Positions 20,759-31,204 of a stretch of DNA of 62,122 nt are shown piece by piece. The notes beneath the pieces were generated by a model. The model did no database searches. It had not been told where the DNA came from and saw nothing but the letters and a program-made list of their open reading frames with translations. Every line of letters begins with the position of its first letter. Within the stretch, counting starts at the first letter, position 1. A program made the translations under genes and the position numbers. This stretch comes from a virus (Duplodnaviria; Caudoviricetes): the IMG/VR virus record IMGVR_UViG_3300031269_000015, positions 1-62,122 of that record. The stretch is one strand, 5' to 3'.

Positions 20759-21265
20759 ATGACTTATTTTCTTGGAGAACGTTCAAAAGAAAATCTCAAA
20801 GGTGTTCACCCAAAGTTAGTGGAGATGGTTGAGGAGTGTATCAAGATCACACCAGTTGATTTTACAATCTTGAATAATGGAGGTCTTCGTACTGCTTCTA
20901 TGCAGATGAAGCTTTTCAAACGAGGTGCCTCAAAACTCGATGGTCGCAACCGAAAGTCAAAACACCAGAAACAAGAAAGCGGCTTCGGTGAAGCTATCGA
21001 TCTGGTTCCGTATGTCGGAGATCCACGTTGGGAATGGCCTTTGATTTACCCGATCGCAGGCTGCATGGCTTGGTTGAGTCGTGAGATGGACGTTGAACTT
21101 CGGTGGGGTGGTGTATGGGACAAAGAGCTCGATGAGTATGCTCCTAAATCTCTGAACAGTCCAGAACAATACGCCAATGCGATTAAAAAAGCTGTTCGTG
21201 CATACACTATTCGGAATCCAGGACCTGACTTTATTGATGGTCCACACTACGAGATGCTGCGCTAA
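20759..21265 (+). CDS. Endolysin, M15-type L-Ala-D-Glu peptidase
   Basis: L.GVHP.L, G.RT...Q, SKH, AIDL, WGG.W, DGPH.E. Confidence 0.92.
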   Translation: MTYFLGERSKENLKGVHPKLVEMVEECIKITPVDFTILNNGGLRTASMQMKLFKRGASKLDGRNRKSKHQKQESGFGEAIDLVPYVGDPRWEWPLIYPIAGCMAWLSREMDVELRWGGVWDKELDEYAPKSLNSPEQYANAIKKAVRAYTIRNPGPDFIDGPHYEMLR

Positions 21266-21284
21266 CATACTATTAGGGAAGCCA

Positions 21285-21527
21285 AGTAGAGTCATCGTTG
21301 TTTTCTATGTTGTTGTTATTACTGCAAAGATTATCGCTGACTTTACTTGCACCCCTGCCACCCCTAGTTTCTAAATTGCTGGGGTTGCTGTGTTTAGCTG
21401 GGGTTATATTTTAGTAAAGTAAGTAAAGTAAGTAGAGTCAATGATAAATAAATATAATAAAAACAAAGGGTTAAGATGCCCTCACTTGGGGTCAAGCGAC
21501 GCTTCACGAATGAAGTCAGTAGAGTCA
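21285..21527. repeat. Three AGTAGAGTCA copies plus AAGT tandem and AT-rich tract; candidate origin
   Basis: Copies at 21285, 21431 and 21518 in the intergenic region between lysis and replication modules. Confidence 0.55.
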
Positions 21528-21533
21528 AAGATG

Positions 21534-21562
21534 TTGTCATGATAACCCACTTGGGTTAACCT
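21534..21562 (+). promoter_or_regulatory. Promoter for helicase operon
   Basis: TTGTCA-N17-TAACCT followed by AAGGAG RBS. Confidence 0.65.
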
Positions 21563-21583
21563 GCAATCAGAAAAGGAGCAAAC

Positions 21584-23053
21584 ATGGATATCAAAGATTA
21601 CCCTCACACAGTCAAACCGTTTGATCATCAACTTAGTCACCTCGCAGATCACGTAGAGCAAAAGTCATGGGGCTTACTTTGGGAGCAGGGAACTGCAAAA
21701 ACAAAGCCTATTATTGACACAGCTTGCTTTCTATACGAAAACAAAAAGATAGATGCTTTGGTAGTTGTCGCTCCTCCTGGAGTTGAACGAAACTGGAACA
21801 CAGATGAAATTCCAAAGCATATGCCTCCAGAATATGTGTTCGACACTATGGTATCGGTATTTCTAACAGCTAAGAAAAACACCAAAGCCCACAAACGATC
21901 TATGGAAGCCCTGATTCAATGGGACGGTCTTGCTGTTCTTCTCATTAGTTACAATGCGTTTATGACGAAAGAAGGAAAGGAATTTGTTTGGAAATTCTTA
22001 AAGAAACGGAAGTGCTTGTATGTCCTTGACGAAGCCCACAACGTCAAAACACCTAACGCAAAACGCACCAAGTCAATTGTCGCTTCTGGCAAATATGCTG
22101 ACTATCGCCGTATCCTTACCGGAACTCCCGTGGCTGTCGGACCATTCGACCTCTATAGTCAAATTCGTTTCCTTGACGAATACTTCTGGAAAAACAAAGG
22201 AATCCACGGATCAGTAGAGTTTCGTCAGTTCTTTGGGCGCTGGTTCACTCGTGCTGAACATCAACAACTGCATGGTTTCGATCCTGGGTACGACCAACTT
22301 CTTGAGTATCAGAACATTGATCTACTACGCAAATGGTTGACTGAAATCACTGATCGTGTACTCAAAGACGATGTACTTGATCTACCTCCGAAACTATACT
22401 CTAAGCGTTACTTTGATATGAGTCCTGCCCAGAAAGCGGCATACAAAGAACTTAATGAAGAACTTATGATTGAAGTTGGGGGAGAGGTTATCACTGCCGA
22501 ACTTCCGATCGTTAAATTGCTTCGTCTTCAACAAATCGCCTGTAACTATGTTCCTGTCGGTGAAGATGAACCAGTTCATATGTTTTCTGAAAAGAATCCG
22601 CGACTGACAGTCATGGAAGATATCCGCGACCAGACATTCCAGCCAACTATTGTGTGGGCGCGTTTCACTCATGACGTAGACCAACTGATGGACCTTTTGG
22701 GTAAAGAAGCTGTACGTTACGATGGATCAGTTGATGATGATACTGCCGAGCGTAATAAATTAGCTTTCCAAGCCGGGGACGCTAAATGGTTTGTTGGAAC
22801 AGCCCAAAAGGGAGGTCCGGGACTGACTCTAACTCAAGCGAAAAACATGGTCTACTACTCCAATAGTTTTCGTCTGATTGACAGACTGCAATCTGAAGAC
22901 CGATGTCACCGTGCAGGAATGGACGAGCATCCGGTTAATTATATTGACATTGTAGCAAATGATACAGTCGACAATAACATCGTCGACAATCTCCGAAACA
23001 AAAGAGACGTTGCAGTGGAAATCCAAGGAGACAAATGGAAAGAATGGATCTAA
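21584..23053 (+). CDS. SNF2-family (SF2) helicase
   Basis: EQGTAKT, DEAH, LTGTP, G.GLTL, QSEDRCHR.G. Confidence 0.92.
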   Translation: MDIKDYPHTVKPFDHQLSHLADHVEQKSWGLLWEQGTAKTKPIIDTACFLYENKKIDALVVVAPPGVERNWNTDEIPKHMPPEYVFDTMVSVFLTAKKNTKAHKRSMEALIQWDGLAVLLISYNAFMTKEGKEFVWKFLKKRKCLYVLDEAHNVKTPNAKRTKSIVASGKYADYRRILTGTPVAVGPFDLYSQIRFLDEYFWKNKGIHGSVEFRQFFGRWFTRAEHQQLHGFDPGYDQLLEYQNIDLLRKWLTEITDRVLKDDVLDLPPKLYSKRYFDMSPAQKAAYKELNEELMIEVGGEVITAELPIVKLLRLQQIACNYVPVGEDEPVHMFSEKNPRLTVMEDIRDQTFQPTIVWARFTHDVDQLMDLLGKEAVRYDGSVDDDTAERNKLAFQAGDAKWFVGTAQKGGPGLTLTQAKNMVYYSNSFRLIDRLQSEDRCHRAGMDEHPVNYIDIVANDTVDNNIVDNLRNKRDVAVEIQGDKWKEWI

Positions 23054-23057
23054 TCTC

Positions 23058-23396
23058 ATGACTGTATTTGCAATTCAACAGCAAATGAAATTTGATGGGG
23101 TAAAGCGTGAGTTGGTTCCACGCTTCCCATCAATTTCCAAAGCCGAAAGGTGGGGCAGTATCGTCTATGTCCTCTCCCCTTCTGCTCACCCCTTCAATCC
23201 TGAACTTATACTTGGTGATATTCATGATAAGTTGTCTGGGTTCAATGATGATGACTTCCTTCTGCTTATCGGTAATCCTGGATTGATAGGAATGTCTACG
23301 GCTGTCGCTGCTTATTACAATGAAGGTAGAGTTAAATTCCTACAGTGGAGCGGACGACACGGAGAGTACACTAAGGTTGTCTCAAAGATATTTTGA
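23058..23396 (+). CDS. Hypothetical protein
   Basis: D.LL..G.P motif; ORF fills gap between helicase and next promoter. Confidence 0.65.
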   Translation: MTVFAIQQQMKFDGVKRELVPRFPSISKAERWGSIVYVLSPSAHPFNPELILGDIHDKLSGFNDDDFLLLIGNPGLIGMSTAVAAYYNEGRVKFLQWSGRHGEYTKVVSKIF

Positions 23397-23398
23397 TG

Positions 23399-23427
23399 TT
23401 GTCACCTGCGGCCACTTGAGCTAGTGT
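23399..23427 (+). promoter_or_regulatory. Promoter
   Basis: TTGTCA-N17-TAGTGT. Confidence 0.55.
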
Positions 23428-23456
23428 TAACAAACTAACAGCCCAAGGATATAACC

Positions 23457-24005
23457 ATGACAGATGACCCATACGCCGCATTCAAAGATGACGCTATTCC
23501 TGGAAATCTTGAAGTTGTATTGATGCAACTCGCAGATGAACTACAGGAGGCAGACGTTCTGATACTAGAGCTTGAGATAGCTCTTGAAAAAGCCAAAGAT
23601 GCTCGCAAAGATATCGCCGAGCAACGAATTCCAGCTGCTACAGAAGGCATGAACGGGAAGCTTACTCTCAAAGATGGCCGGATACTTGAGGTTAAAGAAG
23701 ACATCCGCTCCTCTATCGCTGGTGAAAAACGTGTTCCCGCTATTAACTGGTTAGATGCAAACGGATACGGTAATCTTCCCAAACGTCAAATTATTGTTGA
23801 GTTTTCTAAAGGAGAAGACAAAGCATTCAAGAAATTCGCAGCAGATTTAAGGCGTCGCAAGTTACCTTTAGTTGTGAAAGAAAATCATACCGTTCACCAT
23901 GCAACTCTAAACGCATGGGTGAAAGAGCAGCTAAAAGAAGGTGTAGAATTACCCAAAGATACCTTTGGTATTTTCCGCCAACGAGTTGCCAAGGTGAAGG
24001 AATAG
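23457..24005 (+). CDS. Conserved phage replication-module protein
   Basis: WL...G.G and VH..TL.A.VKE motifs; position before SSB. Confidence 0.7.
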   Translation: MTDDPYAAFKDDAIPGNLEVVLMQLADELQEADVLILELEIALEKAKDARKDIAEQRIPAATEGMNGKLTLKDGRILEVKEDIRSSIAGEKRVPAINWLDANGYGNLPKRQIIVEFSKGEDKAFKKFAADLRRRKLPLVVKENHTVHHATLNAWVKEQLKEGVELPKDTFGIFRQRVAKVKE

Positions 24006-24077
24006 CTTCGGCTACTGGTCCAGAGACTGCCAGAATATAAAGTCTCATCAAACTCTAACGACCTAAGGAATAGCCTA

Positions 24078-24935
24078 ATGGCAAAAGAAGTAGCGAAAGC
24101 TCAAGAACAAGCAGTCGTCAGTTACGACTACGGTGATGCAAAACACGAAGGCTTTGAAGGTGTAAAAGTCACAGACCTTTCTATTCCGTTTATCTCTGTT
24201 ATGCAGAGCAACTCGGTTCTGGTTGAGGACGAAGACAACAACATCAAATCAGGTGATCTTGTAAACTCTGTTACAGGTGAAGTCATCCAACAGCCTTTAA
24301 TCGTGCAGCCGATCCACAAAGATCACCTTTGGGCTGAATGGGTCCCTCGTACTAAAGGTGGTGGTCGCGGTGATTCCCACGAAGACGGTTCTGCTATTGT
24401 TCTGGAAATTCTCAAGAAAAACGGTGGATCACGCATTCCTCCTGAAGACGCAGATGGCAAACGTATGCCGTTCAAAACTCCAGACGGCATGGATCTGATC
24501 GAAACACATTATGTGTACTGTCTCATCCTGGATGAGACAGGAACAGAAACTGTTGGATATTGTGTGCTTCCATTCTCAAGCACTAAGATCAAAGTGCAGA
24601 AAGATTGGTGGACTTCTATGTACACAATCAAAGGTGCTCCACCTTTGATGGCTAACCGTGCCAAGGTATCTACGACCAAACAGACTGCTAAAGGCAAGAG
24701 TTTCTATAACTTGTCTATTCGTCCGTTCGGAGATACTTGGATGAGTTCACTTATCAAGCCCGACGAGGCTGGTATGTTGATGCTGACTGCGGCACGCGAA
24801 TTCCGTGAAATGATCGAAGGTGGATTGGCTAAAGCGGCCACTGAAACCGAAGGTAAGGTCACGGATCAAGGGTCGGGTGACTCCTCGAGTGGTGGTGGTT
24901 CGAGTGCAGACACCGACGAAGATATGCCGTTCTAG
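24078..24935 (+). CDS. Putative single-stranded DNA-binding protein
   Basis: DL.IP...Q motif; Gly/Ser linker; acidic DEDMPF C-terminal tail. Confidence 0.7.
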   Translation: MAKEVAKAQEQAVVSYDYGDAKHEGFEGVKVTDLSIPFISVMQSNSVLVEDEDNNIKSGDLVNSVTGEVIQQPLIVQPIHKDHLWAEWVPRTKGGGRGDSHEDGSAIVLEILKKNGGSRIPPEDADGKRMPFKTPDGMDLIETHYVYCLILDETGTETVGYCVLPFSSTKIKVQKDWWTSMYTIKGAPPLMANRAKVSTTKQTAKGKSFYNLSIRPFGDTWMSSLIKPDEAGMLMLTAAREFREMIEGGLAKAATETEGKVTDQGSGDSSSGGGSSADTDEDMPF

Positions 24936-24961
24936 GTCGGGCTGACTAAACGGTATATCAC

Positions 24962-24999
24962 TGGAGGGTGGCGCTCCCAACGCTGCCCTCCAAACTTCT
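24962..24999 (+). terminator. Intrinsic terminator-like hairpin
   Basis: TGGAGGGTGGCG...CGCTGCCCTCCA then AACTTCT. Confidence 0.55.
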
Positions 25000-25014
25000 T
25001 TAGGAGGCCCAACA

Positions 25015-26259
25015 ATGAAATTTAATGACCAACAAAAAGACTCGCTCAGTAAAGTTAATGAGTGGATCAATCATGGAGATTCTCAAGTCTTCCGCTTCTT
25101 TGGGTATGCGGGAACAGGTAAAACCACACTTGCAAAACACCTAGCTGAAGGAATTGATGGCGAAGTCATATTCGCAGCTTACACTGGCAAAGCCGCTCAC
25201 GTCCTACGATCTAAAGGTTGTGAAAATGCCTGTACCATCCACAGCCTGATCTATCATAGTAGAGACAAAAGCCGTGTAAGATTAGTTCAGCTCGAATTAG
25301 AACTAGAGAACTTAATCAAAGAATTATCAGCAGCTAACTTGAAAGCTGATTTCATCGATGATCATCCAAAGGTACGACGTCTTCGATCAGATGTGAAAGC
25401 TGAGAGCGATAATTCAGAACAACCATTCTTCGTACTAAACACTGAAAGTGAAATACGTCAAGCAGAACTTATTATCATTGACGAATGCTCTATGGTCGAT
25501 GAGCGTATGGGTAAAGACCTTCTATCCTTTGGTGTTCCTGTCCTTGTTTTGGGCGATCCTGCACAATTACCTCCAGTCGGCGGCGCTGGGTTCTTCACCG
25601 AGAACGTAAAGCCTGATGTCATGCTTACAGATATCCATCGGCAAGCCGGTGAAAGCCCTATCATCCGCATGGCAACAGAGACTCGCAACCAGATAGCATT
25701 GACAATCGGTGACTACGGTGATAACTGTGTGGTTTACCCAGAGGGAACGAAACTAGAGCCAGAAGCAATGCTTTCTTTTGATCAGATTCTAGTAGGCAAA
25801 AATACCACACGGCGTCTCACTAACAACAAACTTCGTCAGTTAAAAGGTATTGAAGATAAATACCCTGTGGTCGGTGACAGATTAGTTTGCCTTAGAAACA
25901 ATAGTGAACTAGGGTTGCTAAACGGGGCTATCTTCGAAGTATCTGATGTCACTGCGGTCCTAGACCAAAAAGTGTTCATGTCTATGCATCCAGAAGACAG
26001 CATGGCCTCAATCGAAATATCAGCTCACGAACACCATTTCCTAGGTACAGAAGAAAAACTCGCTTGGTATGAAAAGAGAGAAGCTCAAGAATTTGCTTAC
26101 GGGTATGGATTGACGTGTCATAAATCACAAGGTTCACAATGGCGCAGCGTTTGCGTCTTCGACGAGAGTAACTGTTTCCGCAAAGATAAATGGCGGTGGC
26201 TTTATACTGCGATAACCAGAGCAGCAGATGATGTAGCTGTCGTTAGAATGAAAAGGTAA
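25015..26259 (+). CDS. RecD/Dda-like SF1 helicase
   Basis: GYAGTGKT, DECSM, GDPAQLPPV, HRQ, T.HKSQGS, YTAITRA. Confidence 0.93.
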   Translation: MKFNDQQKDSLSKVNEWINHGDSQVFRFFGYAGTGKTTLAKHLAEGIDGEVIFAAYTGKAAHVLRSKGCENACTIHSLIYHSRDKSRVRLVQLELELENLIKELSAANLKADFIDDHPKVRRLRSDVKAESDNSEQPFFVLNTESEIRQAELIIIDECSMVDERMGKDLLSFGVPVLVLGDPAQLPPVGGAGFFTENVKPDVMLTDIHRQAGESPIIRMATETRNQIALTIGDYGDNCVVYPEGTKLEPEAMLSFDQILVGKNTTRRLTNNKLRQLKGIEDKYPVVGDRLVCLRNNSELGLLNGAIFEVSDVTAVLDQKVFMSMHPEDSMASIEISAHEHHFLGTEEKLAWYEKREAQEFAYGYGLTCHKSQGSQWRSVCVFDESNCFRKDKWRWLYTAITRAADDVAVVRMKR

Positions 26260-26262
26260 CAA

Positions 26263-28125
26263 ATGCGAACTCAGGAGAAACGACGAATGGTTGGTCCACA
26301 AAACCCACACTGCGATGCTGTCGGAGCAGAAAAATACCGAGGCAAAAATGAAGATCATAGAGAGGCCACAAATCGGGTAGCTGGTTTCCTTCAAGATAAC
26401 CACGAACATTATATGGCATTTCGAGAATGCACAATGGATCAGCGGTTTATGCCTCCTGGTCGAGTTCAAGCTGGAGCAGGTTCTCTCAAGAACGTAACTC
26501 TATTCAATTGCTTTGTTATGCCAACTATACACGACAGTTTCGTTGATGGTCCAACTGATGAAGAGCGCAAACAATACATTGACTCTATTGATGGAAACAC
26601 TATTAGTTTCAAATTCTCAAACCACCTAGGATTCGCTCCAGAAAGCATAATGGACGTAGCTAAACTGTCGGCAACAACTATGCGACAGGGTGGCGGTGTT
26701 GGTTACGACTTCTCAACTCTACGTCCTTCGGGTGACATCATTAAAGGTGTAGACTCTACCACAGACGGTCCTCTAGTGTTTGCTGGTATCTATGACGCAA
26801 TCTGCAAAGCTACATCATCAGCAGGAAACAGACGCGGCGCACAGATGATGGTTATGCGGTGTGATCACCCAGACATCGAAGAGTTCATTCGTGCAAAGCA
26901 GGTCAGTGATCCAAACATTCCTTGGAACATGCGGCCTCTCCGAGGTTTCAACATGTCAGTGGCTGTTACTGACGAGCTGATGGAGGCTGTCAAATCAGAC
27001 AGCATGTTCACATTGAAATTCAATGGCATTGATTATCGTGAAGTCAATGCTCGTGCTTTGTGGGACATGATCATGCGCAGCACCTACGACTGGGCAGAAC
27101 CTGGAGTCCTGTTCATTGATCGTATCAACGAGATGAACAACCTGTACTATTGTGAAAAGATTGCGGCGACTAATCCCTGTGGTGAACAACCTCTCCCTCC
27201 TTATGGTGCTTGCCTCTTGGGTTCTTTCAACGTTGTTAAATATCTCCACAAAACTCCTAACGGTTCATGGACTTTCGATTGGGAACTTCTCGCACAAGAT
27301 ATTCCGAACGTAGTTCGTGCCATGGATAACGTAATTGATCGGAGCCGCTACCCTCTTCCTGAACAGCGTGTAGAAGCCCACTTGAAACGTCGTATGGGTC
27401 TCGGTCAAACTGGTCTAGCGAACGCCCTCGAAGCTATGGGTATGCCATACGGAACTCCTGAGTTCATTAAATTTCAAGATCGTCTTGGAGAGTTCATTGC
27501 AAATCACTGCTATCAAGCATCAGCTCTTCTTGCTGCTGAAAAAGGTTCATTCCCACTATATGATGAAACTCGTTATCTCTCTTCCAAGTTCGTCTTCTCT
27601 CTTTGGCCGGAAACTATCGATCTCATCAAGAAGCATGGTATTCGCAACAGTCACTTGACCAGCATTGCGCCGACTGGCACTATCTCACTTTATGCTGACA
27701 ATGTATCGTCTGGCGTAGAACCTGTTATAGCCTACAAACAGAAACGTAATGTTATCATGACATCCGGTGTTCAGACAGTAGAGATTCCTGACTACGGCGT
27801 TGCCGTTCTTGGGCATAAGGGTCGCACTGTAACTAACGGAAACATCACTGCTGATGAGCATGTAGCTGTTCTATGTACTGCCCAAAAGTGGAGCGACAGC
27901 GCGGTATCTAAAACGTGTAACGTTCCTTCTGACTTTACGTACGACGAGTTCAAAAACATCTATATGTCTGCTTGGGAAAATGGTGCCAAAGGTCTGACAA
28001 CATATCGTCCTGCCGGTAACTACGATGAGCCTATCAAATCTGCTGATGATGTTCAAGTTGAAGATGCTGGTGGGTCTTGCACTTTAGATGAGTTCGGTAG
28101 AAAAACTGGTGCCTGTGCAGACTAA
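26263..28125 (+). CDS. nrdJ: Class II (B12-dependent) ribonucleotide reductase
   Basis: FNCFV, GGGVG, RRGAQM, TNPCGEQ, APTGTIS; C-terminal Cys pair; no small-subunit gene. Confidence 0.9.
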   Translation: MRTQEKRRMVGPQNPHCDAVGAEKYRGKNEDHREATNRVAGFLQDNHEHYMAFRECTMDQRFMPPGRVQAGAGSLKNVTLFNCFVMPTIHDSFVDGPTDEERKQYIDSIDGNTISFKFSNHLGFAPESIMDVAKLSATTMRQGGGVGYDFSTLRPSGDIIKGVDSTTDGPLVFAGIYDAICKATSSAGNRRGAQMMVMRCDHPDIEEFIRAKQVSDPNIPWNMRPLRGFNMSVAVTDELMEAVKSDSMFTLKFNGIDYREVNARALWDMIMRSTYDWAEPGVLFIDRINEMNNLYYCEKIAATNPCGEQPLPPYGACLLGSFNVVKYLHKTPNGSWTFDWELLAQDIPNVVRAMDNVIDRSRYPLPEQRVEAHLKRRMGLGQTGLANALEAMGMPYGTPEFIKFQDRLGEFIANHCYQASALLAAEKGSFPLYDETRYLSSKFVFSLWPETIDLIKKHGIRNSHLTSIAPTGTISLYADNVSSGVEPVIAYKQKRNVIMTSGVQTVEIPDYGVAVLGHKGRTVTNGNITADEHVAVLCTAQKWSDSAVSKTCNVPSDFTYDEFKNIYMSAWENGAKGLTTYRPAGNYDEPIKSADDVQVEDAGGSCTLDEFGRKTGACAD

Positions 28126-28240
28126 CTAAACTATTTGTCTTTACTGGACAATTAAGGGTTGCCTCGGATATGGGAATAAGTTAGGCTTAATTATGCCCAA
28201 GCAGAGGCAACCTTTGATATCAGATAAACGGAGAAATGAT

Positions 28241-28957
28241 ATGAACATCACCTTTAACGATACAGAATACGCTGAAGAAGACTTGGCTCAACTGTCCATT
28301 GAAGACCTTTTGATACTGCGCAATGAAGTGGCCGTCAGCCTCAGCGTCGCAGAAGTCAAAGGTTTCAAAGATCAAGCCGCTGGCGCTGCTCAGACTTGGA
28401 AAGCGCTCCTGCGTCACAACAAGGCTTCTGAAGTACCGAAAGCCAAAGCTGTCAAAGTAAAAGCTGAACCCAAAGAGCGTGGTCTGGCCAAATCTGCTGA
28501 AGCGAAGACGGTCAAACGTCCGAACCAGAAAATGTTTTCAACCATCACCAAAACTGGCGAACACGATGGTACTCAGGGTCGGACACATCGCTGGCCGAAC
28601 TACACTGATGGCATGACCATTGTCGACGTCATTGAAAAAGAAGGCACTGAGCCATGGGACGTCTACAACTGGACTGGTCAAGGTATCATGACCATCACCG
28701 AACCAACCGAAGAAGAGTTCGTTGCTCGCAAAGCGGCTTGGTACACGAAGCATGGTTTGACTGATCCTGAATCTGCAAAAGCTGAAGCGGCTGCCGAACG
28801 AGCAAAAGCGAAAATTGAGCGTGACGAAGCTGCTGCTGTCAAGAAAAAAGAACGCGAAGATGCGAAACTTGCGAAAATCGCTGAGCGTGAAGCTGCTGTC
28901 AAAGCCAAGGCTGACGCGAAAGCCGAAAAAGAAGCTGCGAAAGCTGCTGCTGAATAA
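28241..28957 (+). CDS. Hypothetical protein with Lys/Ala/Glu-rich C-terminus
   Basis: Strong codon bias; TTGCCT-N17-TAGGCT upstream; coupled to the next gene (TAATG). Confidence 0.7.
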   Translation: MNITFNDTEYAEEDLAQLSIEDLLILRNEVAVSLSVAEVKGFKDQAAGAAQTWKALLRHNKASEVPKAKAVKVKAEPKERGLAKSAEAKTVKRPNQKMFSTITKTGEHDGTQGRTHRWPNYTDGMTIVDVIEKEGTEPWDVYNWTGQGIMTITEPTEEEFVARKAAWYTKHGLTDPESAKAEAAAERAKAKIERDEAAAVKKKEREDAKLAKIAEREAAVKAKADAKAEKEAAKAAAE

Positions 28958-29847
28958 TGTCTGAACTTCAGACACAAGCGTTCTTCAGCTTTGTTGAGGA
29001 ACGCGAACAGATCCGCCTGCGAAAGCTGGCGGATTTGCCATTTCCCTGGACCGAAGACCAGATCCTGAGGGATTACAAATTCACCAATGTCCACAGACAC
29101 CATGACCGAACCAGTAATGAACTGAGAGAGCGGTTCTACACTCCACATTTCAACGCCGACCCTGTTACTATTTTAATGAATGCTGCGACATTCCGTTATT
29201 TTGGAACCTATGAGTTCGCTTCTGTTATTGGGTGGACTGAGTCTCAACACATGACCTCTGAACACTGGGATATGGTTAAAGAACTCGCTAGAGACAGACT
29301 AGCGAACAAACAGCGAGTTTTCACTGGTGCCTATGTTATCACGAATCAAGGTATCTCTGCTCCAAAACAAGAAGTGGTAGTTGATTATTTTCTCAAATCT
29401 CTTCAAAAGAAAGCCTCTTTTCTCACTGCAATAGCTAAAGAAACTCAAAGCTGGGAAAAAGTTGCTACTGAGATGCGAAAGATCAACGGTTTTGGCGGCT
29501 CTGGGTTCATGACAAAAGAGATCTTGTTAGATACTACTTACACTGATTTCTGGTCTGATCCTGATGGACTGTTCTCTTTCCCCACTGACTGGAATGATTG
29601 GACACCTATCGGTCCAGGAGCCAGACGTGGTGCGGCTCGTGCTCTGGGAGATGAAACTGCAAAACCACTAAAAGAAGATAAAGCGTTCTCTGTTATCTGG
29701 CAGCTATGGTTTGAGCGTGATAAGTTCATCCCTGATATAGAGATGTGCCTTCATGATGTGCAGTTCCAACTTTGTGAGTTTGACAAGTATGAGCGTGTTC
29801 GTTTGGGTCAAGGACGACCACGGTCTCGATACAAAATACCTAAATAA
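28957..29847 (+). CDS. aGPT-Pplase1 / 5-hmdU DNA kinase helical-domain family protein
   Basis: F...ERE.I......P.PWT.D.IL..YKFTNV.R..DR.S, FR.F, GPGA.RG, LCEFDKY.R. Confidence 0.85.
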   Translation: MSELQTQAFFSFVEEREQIRLRKLADLPFPWTEDQILRDYKFTNVHRHHDRTSNELRERFYTPHFNADPVTILMNAATFRYFGTYEFASVIGWTESQHMTSEHWDMVKELARDRLANKQRVFTGAYVITNQGISAPKQEVVVDYFLKSLQKKASFLTAIAKETQSWEKVATEMRKINGFGGSGFMTKEILLDTTYTDFWSDPDGLFSFPTDWNDWTPIGPGARRGAARALGDETAKPLKEDKAFSVIWQLWFERDKFIPDIEMCLHDVQFQLCEFDKYERVRLGQGRPRSRYKIPK

Positions 29848-29932
29848 TCTAAAAGAGGGCGACAACTAGCACTTGTCTTTTGCGCCCTCTGCTATTATGG
29901 TGGTTAAACATAACCTGTTGGAGACAACCCAA

Positions 29933-31204
29933 ATGAAAATATTAGTCGCACTTCATAAGTGCATGGACCTCGGTGGTATTGTTGATCACACCGAACAATT
30001 GATCGGCGGTCTTAAAGAACTAGGTCACACAGTTCAACTTAAAGAACTCGTATGGTCATTCCAAGCATCAGACCAACGCAAAACTGCAGACTGGTCTTTC
30101 GGACCAAGTAACATTCCTCATCACCAAGGCAAAGGCTGGAACTTTGCAAAAACAAATCGCATTCCTTATCGCGGCAGAGCTCACCTTAGCGGTGCCAAGC
30201 AAATTCTGGGCGGGTACGATCTCATTATCTGGACAATGCCTGTTCCAAGCAAAAATCAAGACAATCTAGGTAACAATGACTGGCCTGAATTGTATGATCT
30301 CCCATCCACTACCAAACAAATTGCGTTTGTTCACGATGGTAACGTAGTGAAAGGAGCCGGACATCTTCTGGCTATCCAAGATAAACTTTCTGGGCTTGCT
30401 TGTGTTCACCCTTGTGCTCTCAATGGAGCGGTTTTTGCAGACGTCCCACGAGCATTGGTCTTAAACCCACAGAAAAATCCTGTTCGTACTTATGCTAGAT
30501 GGGACTGGAAGTCTCGCGGTTTCGTAAACATGCAAACTTTCAAAGCGTGGAAACATGCTCATGAACTAGTCGAAGCTATCAGGTATATGCCTAGCAAAAA
30601 GTCCGATGAGATGCGTGAAATAGCCGGCTTAGGCATTGAATATCGCTATATGACCAGTGAAGAAAAGTGCAAAGATGCTTATTTCCATGAAGATGGGACA
30701 AAGTTTTGGGATGCTGCTATAGAAAACGGCATGACTCATCATGACTATTGGGACAAAACTGAAGTTGACAATTATCTTGTTGAATCTCGAGTGCTTGTTG
30801 ATCCATCATGGTCAAACAACTATTCTAAAGTCGGAGGTCATTTTAACCGAGTGGCTGTTGATGCTATGATGCGGGGTTGTGTGGTCGTGGCTCGTCAAAA
30901 AGGTATGGGTTCTGAATTGTTCAAAGCTGGTGAGCATTACATAGCTATTCCAGAAAATGCCGATTCTCAAGAGTATGCTGAAATCGTTCTGGAAGCCGGA
31001 AACCAATCTATCAAAACAGCCCAATGTATGATCGATGCAAATCAAGAACTTTTGCCATTGTTTGAACGGAAAACGGTGGCTCAACGTGTGATCGATCTTG
31101 CAAATGGGAACTGTGATGTAGAAGCAGTCCAGGGAACTGCGACACAAGCAATGAAAGCAAAAGTTGAAGATCAACTGTTTAATCACTTTGGAGTTTTACT
31201 ATAA
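29933..31204 (+). CDS. GT-B fold glycosyltransferase, putative DNA base glycosyltransferase
   Basis: N-terminal GG motif, HD, K..H.L..A, DPS and VDAMMRGCVVVA (variant of EAM..G.PVV). Confidence 0.75.
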   Translation: MKILVALHKCMDLGGIVDHTEQLIGGLKELGHTVQLKELVWSFQASDQRKTADWSFGPSNIPHHQGKGWNFAKTNRIPYRGRAHLSGAKQILGGYDLIIWTMPVPSKNQDNLGNNDWPELYDLPSTTKQIAFVHDGNVVKGAGHLLAIQDKLSGLACVHPCALNGAVFADVPRALVLNPQKNPVRTYARWDWKSRGFVNMQTFKAWKHAHELVEAIRYMPSKKSDEMREIAGLGIEYRYMTSEEKCKDAYFHEDGTKFWDAAIENGMTHHDYWDKTEVDNYLVESRVLVDPSWSNNYSKVGGHFNRVAVDAMMRGCVVVARQKGMGSELFKAGEHYIAIPENADSQEYAEIVLEAGNQSIKTAQCMIDANQELLPLFERKTVAQRVIDLANGNCDVEAVQGTATQAMKAKVEDQLFNHFGVLL

